From NCBI GenBank assembly GCA_951406725.2, contig OX597820.1, forward strand, positions 76,136,001 through 76,200,000: DNA of 64,000 nucleotides, in the 5' to 3' direction. The position numbers and the translations under genes were made by a program. This DNA comes from Octopus vulgaris (lineage: Eukaryota). Below the pieces are notes generated by a model. That model had not been told where the DNA came from. It made no database searches and saw only the letters and a program-made list of their open reading frames with translations. Each line of letters opens with the position of its first letter. Within the stretch, counting starts at the first letter, position 1. Below are positions 41,053-54,580 of this stretch, piece after piece.

Positions 41053-43040
41053 CCCAGGAAGTTTTCGACCAATCTTCCAGGAAGTTAGAAAGTCCTCGGA
41101 ACTTCCCAGGAAGTTTTTATCATTTCGCGAGAGCTAGGTCATTTTATCGATCTCGTTTCGCGAAACGCTACGTCATTTTGTCGATCTCATTTGACGAACT
41201 GCTAATTCATTTTATCGATCTTGTTTGGCAAAACGTTACGTCATTTTATCGATCTCATTTGGCGAACCGCTAATGCATTTTATCGATCTCATTTCTCGAA
41301 CCGCTAAGTCATTTTATCGATCTCATTTGTCGAACCGCTACGTGATTTTATCGATCTCATTTGGCGAACAGCTACGTCATTTTATCGATCACGTTTGTCG
41401 AACCGCTACGTCATTTTATCGATCTCGTTTGCCGAAACGCTACGTCATTTTATCGATCTCATTTGGCGAACCGATAAGTAATTTCATCGATTTCGTTTGT
41501 CGAACCGCTACGTCTATTTATCGATCCCGTTTGTCGAACCGCTAAGTTATTTTATCGATCTCGTTTGTCAAACCGCTAAGCAGTTTTCGACAAAACATCC
41601 CGGAAGTTAGGAAATCACCGGAACTCCCACGGAAGTTTTGGACCAAATTTCCAGGAAGTTAGAAAATCATCGGAACTGTCCTGGAAGTTTTGGACCAAGT
41701 TTCCAGGAAGTTGGGGAATCCCCGCAACATTCCATGAAACCATATGAACTTTCCAGGAAGTTTCCCACCAATTTTCCAGGAAGTTGGGGAAACCACGGAA
41801 CTTTCCATTAAATCCCTGGAACTTTCCAGGAATTTTCCGAGAGGTTTTGGGAATCCTCGGAACTTTCCATCAAATTTCGGAAGTTTCTAGGAACATTCTG
41901 ACCAAATTTCCAGGAAGTTACCATGGAATCCTCGGAATTTTCCAGAATATTTCCAACATATTTTCCAAAAAGTTTTCGGAATCCCCGTAACTTTCCATGA
42001 AATCTTCGGAACATTCCTGGAAGTTTCTGACTAAATTTCCAGGAATTTGGGAAACCCCCGGAACATTCCATGAAATCCTCGGAACTTTCCAGGACATTTC
42101 CGAACATTTTCACATAAAGTTTGGGGAATTCCCGGAACTCTCTATGACACCTCAGAACTTTCCAGGAAGTTTCCGACTAATTTTCCAGGAATATGGGGAG
42201 CCCCGGAACTTTCCACGAAAAATCATCGGAACATTCCTCGAAGTTTCCGATTAATTTACCAGGAAGTTGGGAAGACCCCGGAACTTTCTCGGACTTTTCC
42301 GTCCATTTTCCCGTGAAGTGGGAAGTTCTTGGAACTTTCTATGAAATTCTCGGAACTTCCAGGAAGTTTCCAACCAATGAAATCCTCGGGACATTCCTTG
42401 AAATTTCCGACTAATTTTCCAGGAATTTGGGAAACCCCCGGAACTTTCTATGAAATCCTCGGAACTTTCCAGGAATTTTCCGACCATTTTCCCAGAAAGT
42501 TGGGAAATTCTCGGAACTTTCCATTAAATCCTCGAAACTTTTCAGGAAGTTTCCGACCAGTTTTCCAGGAATATGGGGACCCCCGGAACTTTCCATGAAA
42601 TCCTTGGAACATTCCTGGAAGTTTCCGATTAATTTTCCAGGAATTGGGAAGACCCCGGAAATTTCCCTGACTTTTCCGACCATTTTCCCGGGAAGTGGGA
42701 AGTTCTTGGAACTTTCCATGAAATCCTCGAAACTTCCAGGAAGTTTCCAACCAATTTTCCAGGAAGTTGGGTATTCCCCGGAACTTTCCATGAAATCCTC
42801 GGGACATTCCTGGGAATTTCCGACTAATTTTCCAGGAATTTGGGAAATCCCCGGAACTTTCTATGAAATCCTCGGAACGTTCCGAGAATTATCCGACCAT
42901 TTTCCCAGGAAGTTGGGAAATTCTCGGAATTTTCCATTAAATCCTCGAAACTTTTCAGGAAGTTTCCAACCAATTTTCCAGGAAGATGGTGGTCCCCGGG
43001 ACTTTCCATGAAATCCTCGGAACTTTCCAGGAAGTTTCCT
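41052..43040. repeat. ~72-bp GGAACTTTCC/TTCCAGGAA satellite with ~410-bp higher-order repeat (interrupted by the 34-bp array)
   Basis: Monomer starts at 42441, 42514 and 42586. Diagnostic variants recur at 42377 and 42790. Confidence 0.9.
41115..41580. repeat. 34-bp tandem repeat, about 13-14 copies
   Basis: Unit tcattttatcgatctc(a/g)tttg(g/t)cgaaccgcta(a/c)g, with starts 34 bp apart (e.g. 41241, 41275). Confidence 0.92.
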
Positions 43041-43894
43041 TCAATTTTCTTTTTTGCTCCTCTTTTAAAACAACAAAACGAAATCCTCTCTCCCACGCGT
43101 CCCTCGTTATTCTTTTTCATCTTCATCGCGTCTAGTCATACGTTTTTGTCATCAGCTCCATATTGTTTTTTTTTTTGTTTTTGCAAGTATGTGGGAGTAG
43201 GGGCTGGGGTGCACGCGCGCGTGTGTGTGTGTGTGAGAATACCTTTGTGACACATTTCAACTTCTGCAGTTACCTAGGAGAAAATATTCTGGTGTTTTGG
43301 TAAACTGTCTAAAAACCCCATACCTCCACCCCCACCATCGTTGCTCTCTTTTAGATCCCCAGACACAGCGTTTCTAGATCTTTAGCCGTTATTACAAGTT
43401 CGTTTATGCCTGAACAAAGATTGGCGTTGGTGCTGATGAATTTCTTACGACTCAGCTGTGCAATAGCAAAGTTCAGTCGAGGATGCTGACTGCCTTTTAC
43501 ATAAATTTACCTCTCTTTGGTATTTCCCATTGATAACGGCTTCAGAGTTAAAAACGCCCTATCTGGGAATCCGATAGAAGGAAACGCTGGGCGGATACGT
43601 TGTTTCTACATTTACCACAAGAGAAAATGTTTTTTTCACGGTAACTGTAGTGAAATTGACTTTAGAATTTGAGAAAATGTCACAAACATCTTAATTAAAT
43701 TAGAGCTCGCTTATTCCTAAACATTACTTGCGCTCTTACTGTTGAATATATATATGTAATTAAGATTCAATTGTTTCTCATTAAGCTTATTCGACATCAT
43801 AAGTAACAGTAAGGAATTCTTTACTTCTCTAGCTCTGATAAAATATTAGCTAAAATTTATAATTGAATATCCTGAATGTTGAAAATTTGTATTT

Positions 43895-43981
43895 TGCAAC
43901 TGAAGACGGCGCTGTATTTCAAACTGATGTAATGTTTGCATTATTCGATTAAATGGAGTCGTCTGAAACGGGCGTATTGCA
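43895..43981 (+). ncRNA. Type I hammerhead ribozyme
   Basis: tgcaa-CTGAAGA-c-ggcgct...agtcgtc-t-GAAA-cgggcg-T-A-ttgca. Confidence 0.75.
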
Positions 43982-44039
43982 TTAATATTTTGACATTCAT
44001 GCTACTTATTTGCTCCTCTTATATATATATATATAATTT

Positions 44040-44517
44040 AAAATAATAAGGGTGAAAAATTGAATATTAATTTAATTAATATCAATTTAAAACCAATGGT
44101 CTAGCATATAGAAAAAATCTGAAGAATCAGAAAAATAATATTACATACATATAAGACGGATGACCACTAAGTGGACATCCATTATACTAGAAGTCAACCC
44201 TCTATGGTCTTACCACTAAGAAAGTAATGTTCGCAAGGAAATTTAGCAAACGCCGCAACATAAGCCAAACATAAGCAAGATTAATGGAAAGATAAAAATA
44301 TGCAGATTAATCGATCGCAAACCAGTTTCGTTGCTACCACTTATGTAATAACTTACGTAGATGTCCGCAACTCGTCAGTGTGATCGTCATAGCAAAATAT
44401 AATTTTCAGATCTATACACGGGGTGTCCACATGTGGTAACACCATAGAGGGTTCGCATAGTGGCAGACCACAGAGGATCGACTTCTAGCATAATGGATGT
44501 CCACCTAGTGGTTATCC

Positions 44518-44527
<10 letters not shown>
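44040..44527 (-). mobile_element. Penelope-like pLTR with internal inverted repeat and HHR
   Basis: Between (AT)n tracts. 44148-44218 is inverted relative to 44458-44527. HHR at 44312-44386. Confidence 0.7.
44312..44386 (-). ncRNA. Type I hammerhead ribozyme, intact core
   Basis: Minus strand: cgatcaca-CTGACGA-gttgc...gcaac-GAAA-ctgg-T-T-tgcgatcg. Confidence 0.85.
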
Positions 44528-44596
<69 letters not shown>

Positions 44597-45005
44597 ATAT
44601 ATGTATGTATACGAAATGAAATGTGCGGGGTGACATAGAAATAAAGGAGAAACTAGATATTTAAATACATTGTAAAGTACAGATATGGATGAGGTGATGT
44701 GACTTCATGGCTAGCAGGGTAGCGTACGCATCTAGATTTCCCGCCAGCTGTCTTCTCTCACTTAACAAATCAACAAGTTTGATTGATGCCAATGAAAGGA
44801 CACAGGAAACGGCAAGACTAAACATACGACTATACACTTCACCACACTTATTCAGACTCTATCATTCACACAGTAACTCTCACATACACACAAACACACG
44901 TACATGCACACATACACACACACACGTATATATATACAAATATATACACGAGCATCTCTATAGTCACTTGTACAAACACACACTTATATATGTATGTATG
45001 TATGC

Positions 45006-45039
<34 letters not shown>

Positions 45040-46039
45040 TTGTGTGTGTATTATGTATATCTCTCTCTTTCTCTCTCTCTCTCTCTCTCGCTCTCTCTCT
45101 ATATATATATATAAACATCCTTACATAGGAACACCAGTGTACATGCTGGTGTGTGATTACGCGTATTTGTGTGAGTACGTGCGTGTATGTGCGTGATCCC
45201 TCTAATGGTCATAGCTGAATATATAATACCCCCCATACATACACATATATATGCATGTACATACACACAAACATATAGACATATATATATATATATATAT
45301 ATATACATACACAAACATATACATACATGCATACATACATACATACATATGCGCATATGTAGATGGGCCCACACACACACACACACATACGCTCAACCAG
45401 ACGCTTTCATGATGGTATACATATATATATATGTGTGTGTGTGTATATAGACGTCAGTTAAAATACGATCTCTTCACTTACCATGTATATACACCACGAC
45501 CAACAGATCATAAAATACAAATAAAGGGACTGAACATCACCTAACTGTTTAAGGCTACGATTTCAATCAGCGCCATTTTCCTTTTCTGTTTCGTATGTGT
45601 GTTAATACTTGTATATTTGGCAATTTCATCGAGACACCCTTTCTCCAAACATTTCTGTCATAAAAATAAAACACACACACACACACACACGCTTTAACAC
45701 GTATACACGCGTCCATACATACATACATACATAATACATACATACATACATATGTAAATGAATACATACATACGCACACAAACACACGGTGAGAATGGTA
45801 GGAAGGACAGATTCCTATTAAAATAGGGGTTTTTGGCAAGTGTAATTATACACAGGGCTCAGCTGTTGATGTATTGTTCGTGGAGGGGTGGTATTTGTGG
45901 AGGAGGGGCGTTTTGTGGCTGGACGATGTAGGGTCGTCGATGGAGGCGAGGCGCGTAATGGGGCGCGGCGGGGTAACTTGTCTTTCTTTTTTTTTACTCT
46001 GCCGACATATTTCGTTGTCCTCCTTTTCTGTCTGAGCCA

Positions 46040-46480
46040 GCACCGCCGTCACCACTACCAGAACCACAACCACCACCACAAGCATCACCAGCATCATCTT
46101 TTTCAACACAGCATCCTCGACACAAACCTTCTCATCCTCCTCATTATCAACACTATCATCATGATCGCCGTTGTCGTCGAAGTCGTTGTCTTCCTCGTCA
46201 TCATCATCGTCGTCATCATCATCATCATCATCTTCATCATCATCATCCTCTTCCTCTTCCTCCTCCTCCTCCTTATCATCATCATCATCCTCCCCTTCAT
46301 CATCTTCCTCCCCTTCATCATCTTCCTCTTCCTCCTCCTCCTCCTCCTCATCATCATCATCCTCCTCCTCCTCATCATCATCTTCCTCATCATCACCCTC
46401 ATCTTCCTCCACCTCCACCTCCTCCTCTTCCTCCTCCTCATCATCATCACCCTCATCATCATTATCATCATCATCATTTT
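46040..46480. repeat. Compound trinucleotide tract (CAC/CAT/CCT/CTT)n
   Basis: Directly visible. It produces poly-D/E, poly-S and poly-I/L ORFs. Confidence 0.9.
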
Positions 46481-46741
46481 GTTCCCTCCTCCACTTCGTC
46501 CCCCTCTCTCTCTCTCCAATCTCTCTTTAACATATCTATTTCTTTATTGCCCACACACTTTCGAGTGGTCACTGATTCGCAAATTATATCCTCCACCCCA
46601 CTCGCCTCACCTTATTCATCTAGCTGCATCTCACACACTCTCCTCTCCCCTCTATTTCTTTCCCTTGCTATCTTGCTCTGTCGCTCTATTTCCTTTCTGC
46701 GAATGTATGTATGTATGTATGCATGTATGTTTGTATATATG

Positions 46742-46784
<43 letters not shown>

Positions 46785-46864
46785 TATATATATATGTATA
46801 TGTATGTATATATATATGTATGTATATATATATATGTATGTATGTATATATGTATGAATGTATG

Positions 46865-46899
<35 letters not shown>

Positions 46900-47266
46900 A
46901 TATATATATATGTATGTATGTATGTCAGTATGTATGTATATATGTGTATGTATGTATGTATATATTTATGTATGCATGTATGCGCATATATGAGTATATA
47001 TGCATATCTATGTGTATCTATGTGTATATGTATATATATATATGTGTGTGTGTACATGAATAGATATATATATATATGTGCGTGTGTGTATGTATATATA
47101 TATGTATATGTGTATGTATGTGTGTGTGTGTCTGTGTGTGCTCGTATATATGTATGTGTGTTTGCATGTATGTCTTATATGTTTGCGGAAGCATATATTC
47201 ATTTCAATGGCTGCGCATACTTTCTTTTATGCTAGTTTCCACCTTTCTCTTCGTCTCTGTCCGCAA

Positions 47267-47299
<33 letters not shown>

Positions 47300-47384
47300 A
47301 TATATACGTATGTATGTGCGTATATAAGTGAGTGTACGAATTGTGTGCACGTTTTCTATATATACATATATATAATATATATAT

Positions 47385-47878
<494 letters not shown>

Positions 47879-47892
47879 ACGCCTACACACAT

Positions 47893-47929
<37 letters not shown>

Positions 47930-48691
47930 CACATATACATATGCGTGTATGCGTGCTCAATATACGTGTATGTGATACGTGAGCCTCTATTCTCTGACCT
48001 TCAAGTTCCAACTTTCTCCTCTCCTTGTCTGTCCCTGCCTCTCCCCTCTCCCCCTCCATCACTCTTTCTCTCTTCTATTTATCTCCCCCCACAGTATCAA
48101 AATATTCCTGTGTTAACCCTCACTTCCTCTCCCACCATAATTAATACTTTCCTCCCACCATTTCCCATGCTTTACTCTATCTCCCACCACTGTGGAAACT
48201 TCTTCATTTCACCACATTAAGGGAGTCACTCGATGTTTGAAAGCGACTTTGCTGTTTGGTAGAAAACATAAGAACGCAATTACTTCTGCCTCCCATCCCT
48301 ACCTTTAACCGCCAACCCCCTTATCCTCATCCTCCTCCACACACCCCTTCGTCTCGTCCACCTCCTTCCACTTCTCCTTCTTCTTCTTCTTCTTCTTCTT
48401 CTTCTTCTTCTTCTTCTCCCTCTTCTTCTTCTTCTTCTTCTTCTTCTTCTTCTTTCCTTCCTCTCCTCTCCTTCGCCTCCTTTTTTCCTCTCCTTCTGCT
48501 TTTTCTTCTTCTCTCTTCTTCTCTTCTCCTCCTTCTTGCTCTCCTTCCCCACTGATGTCTATACCTTCTCTCCTTCCTCATCCTCCACCTTCCCTCTCCA
48601 CATCTTTCCCTTCCGCGTCTCTTTACGTTTCTTTCTCCTCTTTCGTCCTTCTCCTGCTCGTCTTTCCTCCTCCTCCCCCTCCCCCTGCTCG

Positions 48692-48739
<48 letters not shown>

Positions 48740-49387
48740 ATTTCTTCTTACTCCTACCAACAACAATGAATGTTTCGAGTCCATCAGCATGCCTCAGCTT
48801 GATCACTCAGTCTTCAAGAAAGAGTAGCTAAATCTACCTCAAATCGCACATCGCCTTCTCAGAACGGAAATATTGGATAATGTGGTTCATCTTATAAAAA
48901 ATTGCATCAGTGCAGTACGAAAGGGGTACATGTGCTGTTCATTCAAATGGTTTTGTGATATGAATGAAATTTTGAGAACGTAGTGGTAGTATTCAGTAGA
49001 CACAGAGAAGAGAATAGATATGTATGTTAAAAAGAGGAGAATAGTCAAATGGAGTAGGTGAAGAAAGAAGAAGGAAAGAAAGAAAGAGGAATAGAAAATG
49101 AAAAAGCTGCGTTAGATGGTGGTCAATCTATTATGAGGGGTGGGAGTGTATTAGGGGTGGGATAGGAAGAGATAAGCATGTAAGGAAGGAAAATGTGTAA
49201 GGAATGAGAGGTGGGGTGATATGTTTGAAAGACACTAAGATGGAGGAATGTGAACAGAAAATGTTACAGGGGTGGGAGTTACTAAAGTGAGTAGTAAACC
49301 TCAAAACGAGACTAACTTTATAAATGTCCTGAAAATCCCACACAGCCTTGACTTTGTTGTCTCGTTTTATCTGGACTATATATATAT

Positions 49388-49896
49388 AACAATAATAAAT
49401 CTCTGGGCGAGATATAAACAGTAACTGCTCTATAACATAAGAGGGATCAGCCATCTGAATGTGGCTAGGGTCAGGGCGGGGTGGTGGGGGTGTTACTGAT
49501 GCATTTAGCCCCAGGCGAACATCGACGTCACCAGAAGAGCTGACACCATCTCGGTGTCCTTGCCAGCCAGCAAAGGGAGATCAGCCTCCCCGAAGATACG
49601 GATACTACACACGGACCGGTTTCGAGGTTATTGCCTCTTGTCAACGTATGGTAAGCACCGCTCTTCGTTGAGGGACTTCCTCTGCAGGCTGGATATATAT
49701 AGATTTTCACAGTAACCACAGTCACTGCGTAGAAAATCTGTTCGAAAACAATAATAAATCTCTGGGTGAGATATAAACAGTAACTGCTCTATAACATAAG
49801 AGGGATCAGCCATCTGAATGTGGCTAGGGTCAGGGCGGGGTGGTGGGGGTGTTACTGATGCATTTAGCCCCAGGCGAACATCGACGTCACCAGAAG
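49388..49896 (-). mobile_element. Retrozyme-like 359-bp monomer with 150-bp near-identical direct repeat and internal HHR
   Basis: 49388-49537 equals 49747-49896 (1 mismatch seen). HHR at 49608-49650. Motifs are shared with the 13.8-14.6 kb elements. Confidence 0.8.
49608..49650 (-). ncRNA. Minimal type I hammerhead, U3-A8 core variant
   Basis: Minus strand: catacg-TTGACAA-gagg caataa cctc-GAAA-ccgg-T-C-cgtgtg. Confidence 0.8.
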
Positions 49897-49989
49897 TCTG
49901 TCGTATATGTCTGTGTGTGTGCTTGTGTGTGTGTGTTTGTGTGTGTTTATGTGTGTGTTTTCTGACTGAAACAAGTAAAAGGATATTAT

Positions 49990-50055
<66 letters not shown>

Positions 50056-50597
50056 GATCTCGTTACCAGTTCAAACACACTTGAGACATAACCCATAAGA
50101 AATTTATTCACTGGATTTTGTAATGGAGAAAATATCTTACTGGATAAATAGGTGTAAAGACACCAGTGAGTTCGAAGTACCCTCGAACCAGGCTGATGCA
50201 TGTATGCATTTCAGAATGGCTGTCTCCTCTCTGCATGAGATACCAGGAAATGAAACGCTAAGAACCGACAAGAGACAGATCTCTCTTATATTCCCTTCAT
50301 CGTACTGTGGCTGGTTGCGTATTGGGAAAACGAGATTGCAATATGTTACAAATGACTAAAGTCTGAAGTTGTATAAATGTTGAGATATTTTATAAGTACT
50401 CTGAAGAGGATGTCTTTTGCCTATTGTTGAACGCTTAACGATCGAGGACGAAAAATAATCGAGACGGCTTCTAAACCTTAACCTATTTTCTGTCTAATAG
50501 AAAAGTCTGACTCCGTAAAATATTGAATTTAGCTTAATTTATTTGTCTCTTGTTATGTGGAGCTGAATATTCCAATGAAAGACTATATATATAGCAC

Positions 50598-51012
50598 TAT
50601 ATTACATACATATAAGAGGGGTGACCACTACGTGGACATCCATTATGCTAGAAATAGATCTGCTATGGTCTTACCACTAAGAAAGGAATGTTCCCAAGAA
50701 AATTTGGCAAATGCCAGAATGTAAGTGAGCAAGACAAATGATAAGAAACAAAATATAGATTAAGTTGGGGCAAATTTATATCTTGTTTCCTTTAATTTGT
50801 CTTGCTCGCTTACGTTCTGGTGTTTGCTAAATTTTCTTGAGAACATTCATTTCTTATTGGTAAGACCATAGCAGATCTACTTGTAGCATAATGGATGTCC
50901 ACGTTGTGGTCATCCCTCTTATATGCATGTAATATAATTTTTCTGAATCTTCAGATTTTAATATGTTAGACCACTGGTTTGAAATTGATATTAATTAAAT
51001 TAATATTCAATT
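50598..51012. mobile_element. Foldback (inverted) copy of the 44-kb pLTR family, ~165-bp arms
   Basis: 50598-50762 is the reverse complement of 50772-50936. The right arm continues to the family terminus at ~51012. Confidence 0.85.
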
Positions 51013-51105
51013 CTGTTGTGTCTTGGGAGAGTCATTTTCTTTTTTTGCCTTATAATGTAACACACTCACCGCTAAAATTTCCACTTATTTCTTATTTTTA
51101 TTTTC

Positions 51106-51142
51106 CTAAAATTTTCGTTGCGTCTTGCAACCTTTTCAATTG
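51106..51142 (-). ncRNA. Possible minimal hammerhead, U3-A8 variant
   Basis: Minus strand: caa-TTGAAAA-g-gttgc aagac gcaac-GAAA-at-T-T-tag. Stem I is weak. Confidence 0.45.
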
Positions 51143-51814
51143 TCTTGACTCAATCCGTTATTTACACTGCGTTCCCTTTTGTTTGTTTGTGCGCATGTGT
51201 ATGGGTCAGTGTGTGTGTGTGCCTATACGTGCATGCATGTACGTATGTATGTCTGTGCGTGTTTGCATGTGTATGTATGTATATATATGTTTGTATGCAT
51301 ATATATGTATGTATGTGTGTGTATCTTTATGTATGTATTCTGCATATTTATGTGCTTGCATGTCTGTGTTTGTGTATTTTCTATGTATGGGTGTGTGAAA
51401 TAATATTCAATTATTCACCCGTATTTTTAAAAATTTATATAGCACTATATATATTCACCAACGAGTAGAATGTTGAAGAAGTTTATGATGTATAGAAAGA
51501 ATATTAAATATGTATGGTTATACATATTTACTCTTTGGTGCAAATTCCTACCTTTCACATTTGCCCTAACGTAATCTAGACGAGGTTCTTTCCCTTTTAA
51601 TAGGTAACCACTGGAGATACATCACCAATAATAGATACGTACAAAAAATTATTGAGCAATTCTTCAGTTTGATGATAAGTTGTTATTATAACTCGACATA
51701 AAAACAAACATTATACATTATACATGTCTGTATGGGTATGAGTATGCATGTATACATATATATATATGTATGTATATACATATATATATATACATATATA
51801 TATATATATCTATA

Positions 51815-51922
<108 letters not shown>

Positions 51923-52727
51923 ATGTATATATATAATATGCGTTTGTGTGCGTGTCTGCGCGTGTGTTGTGTGTTGTGTGTGTATGCGTGTGTGTGTGTG
52001 TATGTGTGTGTGTGCGGATTTGCTGTCGACAGCAGTAATTATGTTTACATTTTTTATTTATTTTATTTAACACAAGCGATTTGCTTTAAATTGTTCGACA
52101 ATTTAAACAAAGTAGCAAAAAGTGAATAAAAACTTAAATAAATATAAAAAAAAAATTTAAATAAATAAACAGATCAGGCACATCTATGCTTGTTTCTCTG
52201 GCATTATTTCGGCATTTACTAAAGGACACCCTACAATTCATCACAGCAGCCCCCCCTCCTTCACACACGATTCTTATTATCTCCCACCAAAACCCTAAAC
52301 CCCAGTCAAACATGGCTATCAACACTTCACTCTCTATCATTAACACTGTGACCATTATCCTCGCCATAAAAGAACGCCAACGTTAAGAGTCCTTTGCTAG
52401 CATTGCCGTCACCGCCATTGCAAAAGGCGCCTACGACCGTCAGTCAGATGTCGCTTCACCACCACCACCACCACCACTACCAAAGCACCAACACCACGCC
52501 ACCATTACCACCGTCACATCACAGTAACCGAGTTTATCAACAAGCACCAATTTGGGACAACTCGGTGGTTGCTCACCCTGGTAGAAATAGCAACTAGATT
52601 TCGCTCAGAACACATGGATGATATATTCGGATAAAACTGATCTGGGATGAATTTATTTAGAGCCGACATGGCAGCCACAATGTAAGTCCTTCAAGGTGCT
52701 AGAGATCGCTGCCAAATATCCTCTGTA

Positions 52728-53525
52728 GGTGCACGCATGGCTACGTGGTTAAGATGCTCTGTTTGCAGCCATGTGGTGTCGGGTTCAATCCCACACTATG
52801 CAGTACCTTGAGCAAGTGTCTCCTACTGTAGCCTCACTTCGACCAATGATTTGTGAGGGAATTGTGTGTGTGCCTGTGTATTGTGTGTGTGTGTGAGTGT
52901 GTGTGCGTATGTGTGTGTATTATGTGTGTGTATTGTGTGGGCGCGTCTGTGTGTTCGTGTGTGTGTGTGTATTTGTGTGTGTATGTATGAGTTTGTGTAT
53001 TGTGTGCGTGTGTGCATGTGTGTGTGTGTATATATGTGTGTGCGTGTATGTGTATGTGTGTATGTGTGTGTATCGGGTGTGTGTCTGTGTGTTTGGGTAT
53101 TGTGCGCGCGCGTGTGTGTGTGCGTGTGAGTATATATGTGTATGCGTGTGTATGTGTGAATGCGTGTGTGTATATGTGTGTGCATGTATATGCTTATGTG
53201 TGCATGTGTGTGTGTATCGTGTGTGTGTGTGCGTGCGTATATATGTGTGTATGCGTGTGTGTATTGTTTGTATGTGTGTATGTGTGTGTGTGTTGAGGCG
53301 TGTGTTGATGCATGTGCGTATCCGCGTGTATGTCTTTGAGTATGTCTGTTCTCCACGCTTGACAACCAGTGTTGGTTTGTTTACGTCCCAGTAATCTTGA
53401 TGTTTGGCAAAATAGTCGGATAGAATATGTACCAGATCGAGGTCCATTTGTTCGACTACTAAAAATTCTACAACGCGGTGCCCCAGTGCCGCAGTGCAAT
53501 GTTTGAAACATGTAGAAGGTAAAAG
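52728..53525 (+). mobile_element. SINE family 2 with ~480-bp expanded (GT)-rich interior
   Basis: Head ggtgcacgcatggctacgtggttaag...gggttcaatccc and tail ttgacaaccagtgttggtttgtttacgtccc. Confidence 0.75.
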
Positions 53526-53892
53526 GAGATTTTACATCACTCCAATTAAGAAAAAGCACTCGTTCGTTAACGATGTTTTGTTTCCTTGCATACTGAAAAT
53601 AAATGGGATGGTCGCGGTTGGAATGTCTTTGATCATCGGTCTGTTCGATTATGGTTCAACTGGCGCTAAACATCAACACTGCATCCCTAACAACAATTAA
53701 CGACATTCTACGTCATAGCTGGCCAACCTGAGGCCCGAGGGCCGTATGCGGCCCGCAGACATTTATTGTGCGGCCCGCTTGATATTTTCTTCTTAAAGTA
53801 TTGTGTAAAACATTTTTTTCAAAATAAATTTAAAATTTATAAGTGGCAATAAAACAATAGTCTACAATTTTATATTTTTAAACAATCGAATG

Positions 53893-54310
53893 GCATGACC
53901 GCACTTGGAATTTGCATCATCAGTTTGGAACCCTTACCATGCGCAGCATATAAATCTCCTGGAAACTGTTCAGATATGTGCAACCAAACGAATACCCGCC
54001 GTCAGACATCTACCATACTCTGAACGTCTTGGACGGGGATACATTGAAACTCAGACGTCTGGCAACTGATTGGTAGACACCCACAAGATAATCTACCATC
54101 TTTCCAACAACAACCTAGTACCCACGACTTTTGGAAACATTTATTCACGCTCAGAATTGCTGAAACATGGAATAAACTACCTGCATCAGTTGTTAGCTGT
54201 CCAGATTCTACACCTTTCAAAACTTCCATGCTTCCTGAAATCCGCCTACAGTACACCAGATGCCACCCCACTTTTTTTTAGTTGTAGTGCACCCGAGCAC
54301 TGTATACAAC
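53893..54310 (+). pseudogene. CR1-clade LINE RT C-terminal fragment
   Basis: PHLEFASSVWNPY...LLETVQICATKRI...LPYSERL...LKLRRL...THKII...RIAETWNKLPASVV. Confidence 0.85.
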
Positions 54311-54317
54311 ACTCGTA

Positions 54318-54580
54318 TTCTTTTACCTGTTTCAGTCATTTGACTGCGGCCATGCTGGAGCACCGCCTTTAGTCAAGCAAATCGACCCCAGGACTTATTC
54401 TTTGTAAGCCTAGCACTTATTCTATCGATCTGTTTTGCAGAGCCGCTAAGTTACGGGGACATAAACACACCAACATCGGTTGTCAAGCGATGGGGGGGGG
54501 GGGCAAACACTGACATACAAACACATACATATATATACGACGGACTTCTTTCAGTTTCCAACTACCACATTCGCTCACAA
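54318..54580 (-). mobile_element. SINE family 2, 3' part
   Basis: ttcagtcatttgactgcggccatgctggagcaccgcctttagtc... Confidence 0.8.

Noticed and set aside
40161-41137. Arg-rich ORFs
   Set aside because: They are spurious frames over 28S rDNA.
41115-41580. CRISPR-like regular ~34-bp repeats
   Set aside because: The units are directly adjacent with no unique spacers, no cas genes are present, the context is eukaryotic, and the unit is SINE-derived.
41784-43126. Multiple overlapping ORFs
   Set aside because: They are translations of the 72-bp satellite.
43433-43460. CTGATGA hammerhead core candidate
   Set aside because: No GAAA or stem II follows.
45846-47063. Long ORFs (190-aa poly-D/E, 391-aa hydrophobic)
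   Set aside because: They are stop-free trinucleotide and dinucleotide microsatellites with no domain or splice support.
50398-50528. CTGAAGA-gga...tcc-GTAA HHR-like motif
   Set aside because: The core is mutated and stem I is weak. It is counted only as a weak candidate and not listed as a feature.
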